Positions 34,701 through 47,200 of a stretch of 64,000 bases of DNA are shown here, in pieces. The DNA lies in assembly GCF_963506605.1 (NCBI RefSeq), contig NC_083288.1:36704001-36768000 (forward strand). Direction: 5' to 3'. Source of the DNA: Zootoca vivipara. Lineage: Eukaryota. Under the pieces are notes generated by a model, which was not told where the DNA came from, did no database searches, and saw only the letters and a list, made by a program, of their open reading frames with translations. The position numbers and the translations under genes were made by a program. The first letter of the stretch is position 1, and every line of letters starts with the position of its first letter.

Positions 34701-37700
34701 TCTGTGACGCTAAGGGCTAGTTCAGGCACCCCCAAACTTCGGCCCTCCAGATGTTTTGGACTACAATTCCCATCTTCCCTGACCACTGGTCCTGTTAGCT
34801 AGGGATCATGGGAGTTGTAGGCCAAAACATCTGGAGGGCCGCAGTTTGGGGATGCCTGGGCTAGGCACTTATTTCTAAAAGTTTGAAGCTGAGCTTCTCC
34901 AGATTCTCCATCCCCAGGTATATATGAGAGATATTGAGCTATCTCCCTTTCTACCCAATGGGATCCCAGGACTTTTGGGTTCACCAAGAGATTAACAGGA
35001 TCTAACAATCTAGAGCAGTGTTTCCCAACCAGTGTGCCTCCAGATGTTTTGGGACTACAACTCCCATCATCCCTAGCTAGCAAGACCAGTGGTCAGGAAT
35101 GATGGGAGTTGTAGTCCCAAAACATCTGGAGGCACACTGGTTGGGAAACACTGATCTAGAGAGCAATAGGCTTCAGGACTCCTTGATTCTGAGGGAATGG
35201 GAATGGAACAGGGAGAATGATCTCTTCTCTCTTCCCTTTCAGTGAATGAAGCTTGTCTGACTTACAACCCCTCACCCAGAGGCTTGGTCAGCTTTTTCTC
35301 CTACATAATGGACCTTCTGTCAGGCAAGGTGAGAGACTGTATCCCCAAGAAGAAACTGTGGAAGGCTGCCACAGTGGCCCATTTTCAGTCTTGGTGTTCG
35401 TTTCTCTCCCTGACAGAGTTTCATGGAGCTCACCTATCTCTTCTACGGCTACTACCAAAATTCAGCCGTCAATTTTGTCGGCTTCTCGTACAACTGCCCC
35501 CTGGCATATGTACTGACAGCACTCTTCTACCTCCACTTCTCCCTGACGTGGATTGTACGGAGGTGAGGGCAACTCTAAGCCATCTTCCACACACCCCAGA
35601 CAGAACTACAGCTCCAGGAATCACCTTCCTCTTTCTCTCCTACCCACCTTCCGTAGATCAGTCTATTGCCTCAAACGCAGCCTGGTTAGTGAAGATGCTT
35701 CCCTCGGATCCTACAGCAACAAAGTCTTTGCCGGCTGGGATTTTGGCCTGGTGGAGCACAGGGCAGCGCAATTAAAGCACAATAGTATTCGCTACGAACT
35801 GCGGGTAAGACAAAGCAAGCAAGCTAGGAAAAGAGCTTGAGGCATGCTAGTTGGCACTTAGGATTTGATTTCAGGGGTCTACCCATGGCTTCAGGCAAAG
35901 ATGTAGACCAGGCATCCCCAAACTGCGGCCCTCCAGATGTTTTGGCCTACAACTCCCATGATCCCTAGCTAACAGGACCAGTGGTCAGGGATGATGGGAA
36001 TTGTAGTCCAAAACACCTGGAGGGCCGAAGTTTGGGGATGCCTGATGTAGACAAGGATGGGGAACTGGATCTGGCCGTCAGGATAGATCAGGCATAGGCA
36101 AACTCGGCCCTCCAGATGTTTTGGGACTACAACTCGCATCATCCCTAGCGAACAGGACCAGTGATCAGGGATGATGGGAGTTGTAGTCTAGTCCCAAAAC
36201 ATCTGGAGGGCCGAGTTTGCCTATGCCTGGGATAGATCATCATCTCCTCCACCCACTGTGGACCAACTTTGACAGTTGAGCAGCAGCACCCATCTGTCAG
36301 TCACCTGTCATCGCTGTGATGTCACACGTGATGTCAGACATATGGCAAGTAGGTGTGGCTTGGTTGAAACTGCCTGGTGGGCCAAATGGGGAATCTTTAA
36401 TTAGGCCTTTGGCTTAGATCCTCCCTCACCTGCTTCGCTCCAACCCTAACGGGAGGAAACCCAAAGCTCATCTCTCATAATTCCCATGTCACATGTAGCT
36501 TGATCCTATCTCTTCCTGATTCCAGTGACAAACTGTTCTCTGTCTGTCACCTTTCCTGAAGTCTTTCCTGAAGTCTCTCTGTGCCACCACCTCCGTTTTG
36601 TTGGATTCCAACTCCTGTCAGCCCTAGCCAGCATGAACAGTGGCCATTGCTGACGGGAACTGGGGTCCATTGACATCTGGCGGGCCAAAGGCTCCTCATT
36701 CCTGGTCTAATGGGTGCCTCCCCGACAACTGGAGAGAGATTCCTGCCAGTCACTCGAGCTGATGGAACAGCTTCTGTTCCTTCTGGGGTTATTTGCTTAA
36801 CAAAGCTGGTAAGTAGCCACCAACTTTGTTAGGCAAATAACCCCAGTACTAGAGTAATTTGGTGACTAAAAATGGCAGCTAGGGTTGCCATCTCCCACCC
36901 CACATCCCCTCAAGCTCCAGTGCTTTTCAGCAGCTCTGTCAAGAGGGTGAAATTCAACAGGTGCAGTTTTCTACCCAGTTCTACTTTGCATGCTGCACAC
37001 TATGCTTGTTGAAATTTCTGCCTAGCTTGCTGTTGTTTAAAAGCTACCAGAGCTTTACCAAAAAGGTGGCAACGTTAAGTACATTTGCCTTCTTAACTCC
37101 CCATCAAAGCACTGCTTTTTAGCAATTGCATGGCAGGCAGAAATTCAACAGGCACCTATCTTCTTCAATTGCATCCAGCTTTGTTGGATTTCAGCCTGCT
37201 TCCCTTCTCCCCCCCCCCCCCAGTGCTGCGGGTTGGGACAGCTGAAAACTGCTAATTGCATTTCAGCTTTTGACAGGACTTGCTAGCAACACAGAGAACA
37301 AGCACTTTGATGCCTTTTTTTGTCCCTGGAGTTAACTAATATGCAGAACAAATGAAGATTTGGATAGGAATAATCTCACAGGAGATGCACACTGCTTATC
37401 CCCGCCCCACCCAACACCCCAGGGTGCTCAAGGGTCTCTTTCTCACCTCTTCCTCCCCACCTCCAGATGGATCTAGAAGAGGAGGCAGTTCGCAGGCGCC
37501 AGGCAGAGATGACCACGGCACAGCGCGTCAGGCTCTATGTCCTGCGGGGGGTGCTCAACATTCTGGTTTTGGGGCTTCTAGGAGGATCTTTCTACTGCAT
37601 CTACCGGGCAGCGACATATTCCCAGTCACTGCTGGGAGGGGTAAGGAAAGGGCTCTCACTTCACACGCAGGAGGCAGTGATGGTCACTAACTTGGATGCC

Positions 37701-40213
37701 TCTAAAAGAGGATTAGGCAAATTAATGGAGGAGAGGCTATTGATGGCTATTAGCCATTATGGCCATGCTCTGTCTCCATGGTCAGAAGCAGAAATGCTTC
37801 TGGATACTAGTTGCTTTAAATCACAGAAGGGAAGACACTCTTGTGCTCAAATCCTGCTTGCTACTTTTCCACAGGCTACTGTGAGAACAAGATGCTGAAC
37901 TAGGTGGGCCATTGAACTGGTCCAGCAGACTCTTCTTGTGTTCTTAAGCTGAGGCAGGTGGGTGGTATTCCTGGGTTGACACAACATTCATCCCATTGCC
38001 CAGATGAGCAGTCCAAGTACTGGGGGGGGGAGGGGAATGGACTGAGATTCTGCTTGCAATGGCTCTGTGTCTTTAATAGGTGCACAGCAAGCAGAAATTC
38101 AGCCACCATAGCTCTGCCCATCGGTGCCTCACTACGGGCCTGTGGAAGTTCTGCATGTATGAAGCCCGGTTTCTCACTCTTGGAGAAGGCAGATACAAAC
38201 CTTGTTCCACTTCTCACTACAGCCATCTTGCCCCCAGATCAACCTCTCTCTTTCTCTCTTGTTCTGCAGACAGACTCCCCAGTCAAAGACCAATTTGTCC
38301 TGGAGCTTCTGGTGGCTTACCTCCCATCGGTTGTCATCACAGCTGCCAACCTCATTGTCCCAATGATCTTTGAGGTCATTGTTCAGCTAGAGAAATACCC
38401 ACTCAGCTTCCAAATCAAAATCACGCTTCTCAGGTACAGGAAGCGCTCTGGCCCCCTCTTGTAGAGGCACCTGTAGCTTTTACCTCTGAGTGACAGACAG
38501 GACTGGAATGAGCATCATGCTAATCAAGCCACAGGGTGGGAGCCAAGGCCATCAGTTCCCCTTCGTGAACAGTAGGGAGCCTGTCTGGATCACAGTAGCG
38601 TAGCCCCTGAATTATTTTCAGCTCTGTTCTGAATCATAGCCTGGGCCAGATTAACAATCATGCTAAGTAAGTGGCAGAATGGGTGCCATTTACAATGTTT
38701 CTGTGAGATCTCCATTGTCAACCATTGCTTCCTGCTGTTTCTGAATTCTCTTTGCAGGAACTGTACCATCATAGCCTAGGGATCATGCGTGGCTAGTGGA
38801 GTCAGGCACTAGTTGAGGGCCGGGCTGGCTTAGGAGGCCTGAGACTAGGCCCTGAGTGGGGCAGACGGTCAGTTCATGCTCTCATTTTGCATCAGGCTCA
38901 TCCAGGCTGCAGGCAGCAAGGGCCAACAGAGCTGGAACAGAACAAAATTGCTTCATACTGTGAGTCTGACCATGGGTCCATCCAGCTCAGTGCTGTCTAC
39001 ACAGACTGGCAGCAGCTCTCCAGGGTTTCTGATGGAACTCTTGCAGCTTTACCTAGATTTGCCAGGGACTTTAACTTTAGAAGACCAAGAACAGGCCATC
39101 TCTCCCCCACCCCCACTTTTCCTGGTCAGTTGGCAAACCTACATGTCAATTTTTCTGTCCGATAGGAGTGTCTTCCTCCGTCTTGCAAGCCTGGTGGTTC
39201 TTCTCATCTCTCTCTGGAGCCAGATCACGTGTGGTGGAGATCCACAAAACCCTGTGTGTCAGAAATGTGGCTATAACAATCATCTCCATCCGGTGAGGTT
39301 AGAGGGAGATGAGAGGCTTGGAGCCAAGACTCCTGGGTTCTCTGGGTGGAGAATGAGTGGGCTAGAAATCGTGATGCCTTAGTTCCATAAGTGGAGCTAG
39401 AATTCAGCTGGCAACTGCAAGAGGTGGTCCTTCCCTTGCTGGGGCAGAATTTTGTCCAGCAGGGTAGGGATCAGGAACCATGACATTAAAGTTTAGGTAG
39501 CTTAGAGAAAGGACTGTTCTCAACTATGATTCCTCAATTATATGGGAGAGAAATTGTGGGGCTCTTTGAATGGAGCAGAGGGGAAATGACAGATAGTTAT
39601 AAAATAAAATAAAATCATTGAGGTGTTTTGTCCCCTCCAGTGCTGGGAGACCTCCGTGGGGCAGGAAATGTACCGGCTGATGATCTTTGACTTGCTTGTC
39701 ATGCTGCTTGTCATGCTGTTTGTGGCGTTTCCAAGAAAGTAAGTGTTTGATACCCCCCATGTTAAGTTTACTTGCTTTCTTATATCCCACCTTTGACTAG
39801 AGTGCTCAAAACGACTCCCAGTGTTTATAAAAATACAGTTGACACACCATGGACCATATGCTAAAAAAAACTACAACCAGCCCCAATGGAAAAAGTGCCT
39901 CCCCATCTAATGTGCTTTAAATCCCCAGCATTAAATCACTTGGTTTGGAGATTTGTTTAATTTGGTGGTGGGGCTTATAATGGGGGACAGCTTTTGTGTT
40001 TTCCCTTCCTTCCTATGTATGTGTTTAGTTTGGCCTGCCAGCTGAGAACAGATTGTTTCCACACCAAGAATTCCCATACTTTTAGAGGACATCTGAAGGC
40101 AGCCCTGTTTAGGGAAGCTTTTAATCTTTAAGAAATTAGTGTATTCTAATATTTCTGTTGGAAGCTGCCCAGAGTGGCTGGGGAAACCCAGCCAGATGGG
40201 CGGGGTATAAATA

Positions 40214-40260
<47 letters not shown>

Positions 40261-42273
40261 TGTCTATTATTCCCTCACTTGAATCCAGTGGATTCACTCT
40301 GTGGAATCAAGTCAACATTGTTGCCCTCTGACTGTATTCCATTGCTTTTGTGTTGTTCTCCTATCTTTCTTCAAACCTGCTTTCTCTGTCTTTCTTTCAT
40401 TTAAAATGCAGTTACAGCACCAACCTGTTCTATGCCGACTAACAAAATGCTATTGAAGCTCTTAAGGGTTACTGTGGCTTTAAGTAGCAACTTCCTCCTT
40501 GCTCCCCCTTTCCTATTCAGCATGGTAATAGTATTGCTGATGACAGCTTTTTAATTGCTTCCTAATTATAAGGGGAGAAGTGGGGGAGCTTCCATTACTG
40601 ATTTTCCCTCATTTTTATTTTCTTTTCATGTTTAAATTATGAGATAGAGCTCTGTTGAAATAAAACTAGCAATAATAAAGTCTGCTACATCCCAAGACAG
40701 GAGTCAGAATGCACCATCAGACTTGATGGTCATCCCTGGGTTTAGTTTGTCATGTAATAAATTACTTTGGCTGCTTCCTATACCCTTACTGGGAGTAAGC
40801 CCTACAAAACTCAGAGGGACTTGCCTTTTGAACACATGCATTTAGGATGGTGTGGTTTTCCACACAGAGTAATTAAAACCAATAATGTCTGTTTGTTTTT
40901 GTTTCTTCTTCCCACTCCCCACATCTGTTATGCTGATGTTTAGGCCCTTCTATCCCACACTAACCTCATTCACTCAGGCTCTGAAAATCTGAAGCAAGAC
41001 AGGCTCAACAGCACTTTCAGTGTTTTGGTGTGGAAATGGCCTTTTCCTGGCATTACATCCCTGCCTCGGTTCCTGTACCCGCCAATGCTGTTTTAAAATT
41101 TGTACAGTATACATTTCAGAATAATTGGCATGCTATATAATAAAACCATTCCCCACCACCACCCTGGGGAAGATGCCACCCTAGCTGAGTGTATAGCAAC
41201 CAAGGGTGCCAACTTGAATAAAATATTTGGGAGGATCACCTCGCATAATCGATCACAATATGCTGTGTGCGTACATCCTTTGAATGGTACTGCCCATCAA
41301 CTTTGCAGGAGCTCTGCCCCCTCAATTCTTTGGGGGGGGGGGCGGGGGGGTCAGAGTGAACTTGGCCCCTAGGAGTTGGCTCCTATGATAGCAACAGAGT
41401 CCTGGGCACCAATGGAGTAGCAGGTNNNNNNNNNNNNNNNNNNNNNNNNNNNNNNNNNNNNNNNNNNNNNNNNNNNNNNNNNNNNNNNNNNNNNNNNNNN
41501 NNNNNNNNNNNNNNNNNNNNNNNNNNNNNNNNNNNNNNNNNNNNNNNNNNNNNNNNNNNNNNNNNNNNNNNNNNNNNNNNNNNNNNNNNNNNNNNNNNNN
41601 NNNNNNNNNNNNNNNNNNNNNNNNNTAGATCAGAGGTGAAAAATATCTGTCAAATGCAGCCCTTCAGGCCTCTTTCTGGCCCTCAAGTCTCTTCCCCAGG
41701 CCATGCTCCTCACTGGTCCTCTTCTACAACCACCGCACACACTTACCCTGGCTTTTGACACTTGAGGTGTATGTTTTTAGGACTCACCTTACTGTCTTCT
41801 GCCACCCGATCAGGAGGAAACCTCTGCTGCCAGCCACAATAACCAGTGTGATGCTAGAATAATCTAACTTGCTATTCAGCAGTTTCCTTTAAGATATCCC
41901 GTCACTATCCTGGTTATGTGTTGAGGGGGCGGGGGAGGAGAGATGGGGGTGTGAGAGAGAGATTGTGGTAGGTGAACTCCATCCAAAATGGAGGCAGGGG
42001 GGAAAAGAAACCTAGTAGCATCCTCTCACCACCATTTCCAAAGTTGAGGGAGGAATTTTATTTCTTCTCCCTTAGAAGAAAGGCAGATTTTTTTAAATAA
42101 AAAAGAAGATCAAATACTGAAAAATGTTAGTGATTATATGGGCTCCTTCACTCAGTGCAGTATAGGAGAGATGTTGAGATAAATGCCATTGTTTTTAATT
42201 TTCTCTTTCTGCCCCTCAGGAGGGTCAGGACAAACTTTTCCTGGTGAAACAGATCTCTGAGCTGAGCCAGTGA
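31707..42273 (+). CDS. TMC4: Transmembrane channel-like protein 4 (incomplete: internal exons fall in an assembly gap)
   Basis: Exons 31707-31755, 32518-32752, 33628-33776, 33864-34025, 35243-35328, 35417-35562, 35657-35804, 37467-37640, 38270-38433, 39166-39292, 39641-39738, [gap], 42220-42273. Motifs [45 protein letters not shown] and terminal [12 protein letters not shown]. Position between MBOAT7 and LENG1 supports the TMC4 paralog. The first exon is least certain. Confidence 0.9.
32193..32398. mobile_element. Penelope-like element remnant (inverted pLTR ends)
   Basis: 13-bp TSD AATTCCTAGGGTG (32180-32192 / 32399-32411) and ~80-bp near-perfect inverted arms around 32280. Confidence 0.8.
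32251..32290 (-). ncRNA. Minimal type I hammerhead ribozyme motif (Penelope-associated)
   Basis: Minus strand reads GUAU-CUGAAGA-A-GUGUGC(AU)GCACAC-GAAA-GCUC-AUAC: complete core, stem II hairpin, 4-bp stem I and palindromic AGCU stem III. Confidence 0.75.
34723..34858. mobile_element. hAT MITE
   Basis: TIRs as in the 1851 copy; TSD GGCTAGTT/GGCTAGGC. Confidence 0.88.
35016..35153. mobile_element. hAT MITE (CAGTGTTTCCCAACC-TIR subfamily)
   Basis: Long palindrome with TSD ATCTAGAG. Confidence 0.9.
35909..36044. mobile_element. hAT MITE
   Basis: TIRs CAGGCATCCCCAAACT; TSD ATGTAGAC. Confidence 0.92.
36089..36229. mobile_element. hAT MITE (CAGGCATAGGCAAACT-TIR subfamily)
   Basis: Inverted termini with TSD GGATAGAT. 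Confidence 0.9.
40080..40259 (+). mobile_element. L2-like LINE 3' fragment with (ATT)n tail
   Basis: GGAAGCTGCCCAGAGTGGCTGGGGAAACCCAGCCAGATGGGCGGGGTATAAAT(ATT)n; reverse complement of the 21817 element end. Confidence 0.7.
41201..41387. mobile_element. hAT non-autonomous element
   Basis: Termini CAAGGGTGCCAACT / AGTTGGCTCCTATG with a perfect 8-bp TSD ATAGCAAC. Confidence 0.75.
41426..41625. other. Assembly gap (200 N)
   Basis: Run of N read directly. Confidence 0.99.
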
Positions 42274-42781
42274 AGCAAATGGATGCATAATGAGAGATCT
42301 CTTCTTCTCATCAGAACGAATGTTAGGATATCACTTATTTTGGCAGTATTGATTCTGCAGATTCCATCAGCTCTGTTCTTTGATGCTGGATCCCCTGGCT
42401 TTTTCACCATTCTTCATAGACAAGACTCTGACCAATTTTGCTTTACGACAAATGTATCGTTATGTTTTATGGGTGCCAGAATGGTCCCATGTACACAGAT
42501 CCTTGACCCAGCTTTGAAGTGAAATGCTGCTAGATATGTAACTGAAAAAAGAAACAAACACCTGTTGGGAATTAGACTTCAATGCTGCAATGAACCAGAG
42601 AACCATAGCTCAGTTGTAGAGCACCTGCTTTCCATGCAAAATACCTGAGGTTCAACCCCTGGCATCTCTGGGTAGGACTGGGGTAGAGCCTAGTCTTAAA
42701 ACCTGGAAAGCAACTACCAGACAGTGCAGACATTACTGGGTAGATGGATCAATGGTGTGATCTTGCCTTAAATCCTGGAAA

Positions 42782-42856
42782 TAGGGTTGCCATATTTCAA
42801 ACAGTGAAAATTCAGACGGAAAAGTTGGCAAAGTTGTTGGGCATATGGCAACCCTA
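42782..42856. mobile_element. Short hAT MITE (TAGGGTTGCCA TIR) nested in a SINE
   Basis: TIRs TAGGGTTGCCATAT / ATATGGCAACCCTA; TSD CCTGGAAA/CCTGAAAA. Confidence 0.8.
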
Positions 42857-43599
42857 CCTGAAAAGCTACTGTCAGTCAGCACAGACTCAGTAGACTAACT
42901 TAAGAGTCTGACTTGGAAGGAGGCAGCTTCCTGTGTCCCTAATATCTAAAAAATATGTGTCCCCCTCCCCTTGAAACAATTTTTCATTATATGTAAATGT
43001 TATGCATATTCAATAAAAATTTATGCAGATTTCTTAATTGGGTGACAGCCTACTAACAATGGAGACCATGCACATTAGTTCAGGAAGAGTTGGGACATAC
43101 TGAAGTTTATTTGTTTACCATTATGTAGTAGTTATGGGTTCACCTGTGTTTTCTTAATGTATTTGATGAATGGTGAGTGGCTTTGGAGTACCGGTGCTGA
43201 GGACACAACTGTGGCTGAAGTAGGGGAACTATCTGCTCGGAAGTTACACCCACCTTGTGGGACGCCCTCTTATCAGACATCAAAGCGTTAAATAATTACA
43301 TGAATTTTTGTAGACACCTGAAAGCAGCCGTGTTTCTGGAAGTTTTTAATGTCTGATGTTTGGTTTTGTCCCTTTATATTTTGTTGGAAGCTGCTCTTGG
43401 CCAGTCAGATGGGCAGAGTATAAGAAATAAATTACTCCTACAACAACTACACATGCAATTGATGGATTCAAGTACAGTATAACACATACAGTAATTGAAA
43501 ACATTTCAAAAAGTATAGCTTTATGCAATGTGTGTTGAGGCATGAGGGACATGACTGTTTCGAATATATGAAGACTACTACTGATAATAAGCGGCAGTC

Positions 43600-44270
43600 G
43601 GTTTATGGCGCAGACTAAAACGGGGGTCATTTTCCGTTTCTGGTGTAATCTGGGCACACGTGTAATAGAAGACGAACCGGAGATAACGATGTTTCGCAAA
43701 AACCGAGCACCCCCCGGGAAATCGGGGGTTTGATTTAGATGCAGTGACACAGAGCCTAATAAATTCTCACGCGCCGTCACTGTAACGAACGTTTGTGACT
43801 GCACCAATCAAACCGCGGGACGAAAGGAGCACGAGCCAATCAGAACAAAGTACGAACTAAACATTCCGTCAGATTGTAAAAGCGGCGCGAGATGACGCAA
43901 GGGGCACGTACAGAGACGGCGCGGGCACCCGACCAAACAAAAGCAGAGGGCGGGCCTATTTCCCCAACCGGAAAATAGACTGACACCGGAAACGGAAACT
44001 GAGAGGGAGGAAGGAGGAAGCTTCGGAAAGAAACAGCAAGAGCCAAGATGAACATTCTTCCCAAGAAGTCATGGCACGTGAGGAACAAAGACAACGTGGC
44101 CAAGGTGCGGCGGGACGAGGCGGAGGCCGAAGCGCAGCGGCAGAAGAAGGAGGCCCGAGCTCTACTTGCTGAACAGGAGGTACGTTGTTGTCAAGGCGCA
44201 TGCGCGAAGATTTGAGCGTGCGCAGTTTTCTAGTCTGCGCGACGTATCCACTGCGCATGCGCGTGCTTTA
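43600..44270 (+). promoter_or_regulatory. LENG1 CpG-island promoter
   Basis: Dense CpG, CCAAT at ~43804 and 43837, CRE-like TGACGCA at ~43893, ETS CCGGAA at ~43968 and 43986, and NRF1 GCGCATGCGC at ~44196 and 44253. Confidence 0.75.
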
Positions 44271-47200
44271 GGCACATGCTCTGCCAGTTAAAATTGATTT
44301 AAAAAGGCAAACATATGAGGATGCTGATTGGGCGAGTGGAACATGGCGGAGAAAAGCCAGGCGAAGCGCTTACGGGAGGGAGAAGACAGGAAAATGGACT
44401 GCCGCAAATGGAAGCAGGAAAAGGAGAAGAAGAAATGGAAGGAGCTGAAGCTGTTGAGGAAACTGGATAAGATGATGATGCAGGAAGTGGCCGAGAAACA
44501 GAAAGAGGAATCATAGAGTTGGAAGAGAGACCACAAGGGCCATCCAGTCCAACCCCCTGCCAAGCAGGAAACACCATCAAAGCATTCTTGACATATGGCT
44601 GTCAAGCCTCTGCTGAAAGACCTCCAAAGAAGGAGACTCCACCACACTCCTTGGTAGCAAATTTCACTGCCGAACAGCTCTTACTGTCAGGAAGTTCTTC
44701 CTAATGTTTAGGTGGAATCTTCTTTCTTGTAGTTTGAATCCATTGCTCCGTGTCCGCTTCACTGGAGCAGCAGAAAACAACCTTTCTCCCTCCTCTATAT
44801 GACATCCTTTTATATATTTGAACATGGCTATCATATCACCCCTTAACCTTCTCTTCTCCAGGCTAAACATACCCAGCTCCCTAAGCCGTTCCTCATAAGG
44901 CATTGTTTCCAAGCCTTTGACCATTTTGGTTGCCCTCTTCTGGACACGTTCCAGCTTGTCAGTATCCTTCTTGAACTGTGGTGCCCAGAACTGGACACAG
45001 TACTCCAGGTGAGGTCTGACCAGAGCAGAATACAGTGGTACTATTATTTCCCTTGATCTAGACGCTATACTCCTATTGATGCAGCCCAGAATTGCATTGG
45101 CTTTTTTAGCTGCTGCATCACACTGTTGACTCATGTCAAGTTCGAAGATAAAGGATGCAACTACTGTACACAGTCAGCGTCGCCCTTCTGGGCTCCATAC
45201 TCAGCAATGCCCAGTCAGCAGAGTTGCGGACTTACCTTGCCGGGCAGATCGCCAGGGTCTGCGTCATCTTCTGCCCGAACGAGATTGTGGTGTTTGATGA
45301 GCAAAGGGAGGATTCAAAGACTGTGGAAGGTGAATTTGAAGGGATCAAGAAGAGAGGTCAGGCCTGTGTGCAGCTGGCCTGGATTCTGCAGTACCTGGAA
45401 TGTCCCCAATACCTTAGGAAGTCTCCCCCCCCCAAAAAAAACACCAGGACCTCCAGTTTGCAGGGCTCTTAAACCCCTTAGGCAGCCCCCACCATGTGCG
45501 CATAGGTGAGGAATTGGAGTATCGGGAAGGAGTGGTTTTGTCACGGGCCACCAAGCCTGGCCGGGGATCCTTTGTGAACTGTGGAATGCAAAAGGTACAG
45601 ATTGATAAGCAGCTGGAGGCAGGCCTTTGTGTTACAGTGTGTCTCAACCCACACTAAAATCCAGAGAGCAAAACACAGAGGGGGGTGGTCATTTCATCAC
45701 ACCAGCCTCGAACTGCTTCTGGGCAGGAGTGCCCGAGTTTGTATAGAATATGCCATTGTAGTGATTTCCTAAATTCTAACATGCTTGTTTTGAAGGTGCA
45801 GGACTCGTTCAAGGTGCAGAAAGCGTTCAAATCTGTGATCTTCCCCACCAGGTGCCTGAAGTGGCAGAATCCAAAAAATATTCCATGCTTGGATCTGTTA
45901 AATGAAATAATAAACTGAACAAAAAATTAAAGGTTGAAATTGCTAAACTTAATCTTTTAGCAAATTTTGAGTCTGCCCATTGGGCTCAATCAATAACCAA
46001 GGCCTTTTCTCCCACTGCTATGTTAACCACCAGTTACCATTGTTGTGAATGTCGCTGTGCTTGATCCTGTATACATTCGAGCATTGAACAGAAGTGTTCC
46101 AGACATAAAATACCTCTTGCATTTCATAGAATATTATATATATATTTCTTTACTCAGGAGTGTGTACATAGATGCTACTCTGCCAACTATGGACAACATT
46201 TCATACATCAGATTAAATGGGCCATAGTCCACAGAAATGTGTGTCACAATAAACCTGATAGTCTTAAAATACCACAAGAATTTGCGTTGCTGCTCTTGTG
46301 TTCAGATTGCATATATACCATGTTGCTGCTTTTTTGTTTATAACACCTGCTCTTGACTTCTGTCAACCCAGTTCTTTGTGAAAATACATGAATTTAAAAG
46401 TGGTGAGCTTAGTGGTTCCCCAATACATGCACACACTTAACATTTTTGCTTTCCCCCAGTCTTAACTCCTGTCTCCAGAAATAGAACATTTCTTATTAAT
46501 TTGACTGCAAAATGGCTACCTTGCAATGAGCCACAGGCTTTTAGAGAATAATGTAAGAGACTGGGAAGGAGAAGGCAGGTTGGCTATCGTAGCAGAGAAA
46601 TGTGCCACAGAAAGGTAACTATGCAGGCTAGAAGGTGGTAAGGGCAGGAAATTGCACCTTGGACAAATTCTTCTCCTTTGATCCTAGGCCCGGACTGAAT
46701 TCCTACGCAAGAAAGCACGCCTGTCAGCTCCAGGAGGTAATGACAGCAACTCGGATGCCCTCGCTTTAGGCACAGAAAGGCCCTCGCGCCATCTAAATCT
46801 CTTTCAAGAGTCGGAAGAAAGTAGCAACAAAGAATATGAGGAGGAGAAGAGGCAAGAGAAGGTAATGGGAGGAGGGGAGCTTGTTGTGGAGGCTTTCTTT
46901 TCTCCAGCGTGGTGGTCTAAACGCTCCAACCCAGCCAGGATGCAACATGAACTCCTTTGCCCCACTTGCAGAAAATAAGTCTGGCAGAGTTGGTGTGGGG
47001 TGGTTTGGGTTCTTGCTACCCTCTGGCTGTGCAAGGGCAAAATGTGGAGGGCTAGTAGCATAAATCTTCAGGGATTCATTTATCTGGCAAAGAAGTTAAT
47101 TTTTAGAGTATCTGTTCCCATATATATATAGCCCTGGTTTGCCAGGTCCTTTGTGCTTCCTCTTCCAGAAAAAAATAGGCTTCCTGCTTCCACCCTTCAT

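Noticed and set aside
44048-44516. In-frame LENG1-SPOUT1 read-through fusion
   Set aside because: The two ATGs are 295 nt apart (different frames), and I saw no convincing acceptor before the retrocopy ATG.
44664-45134. 156-aa ORF as a host gene
   Set aside because: It is the C-terminus of CR1 reverse transcriptase.
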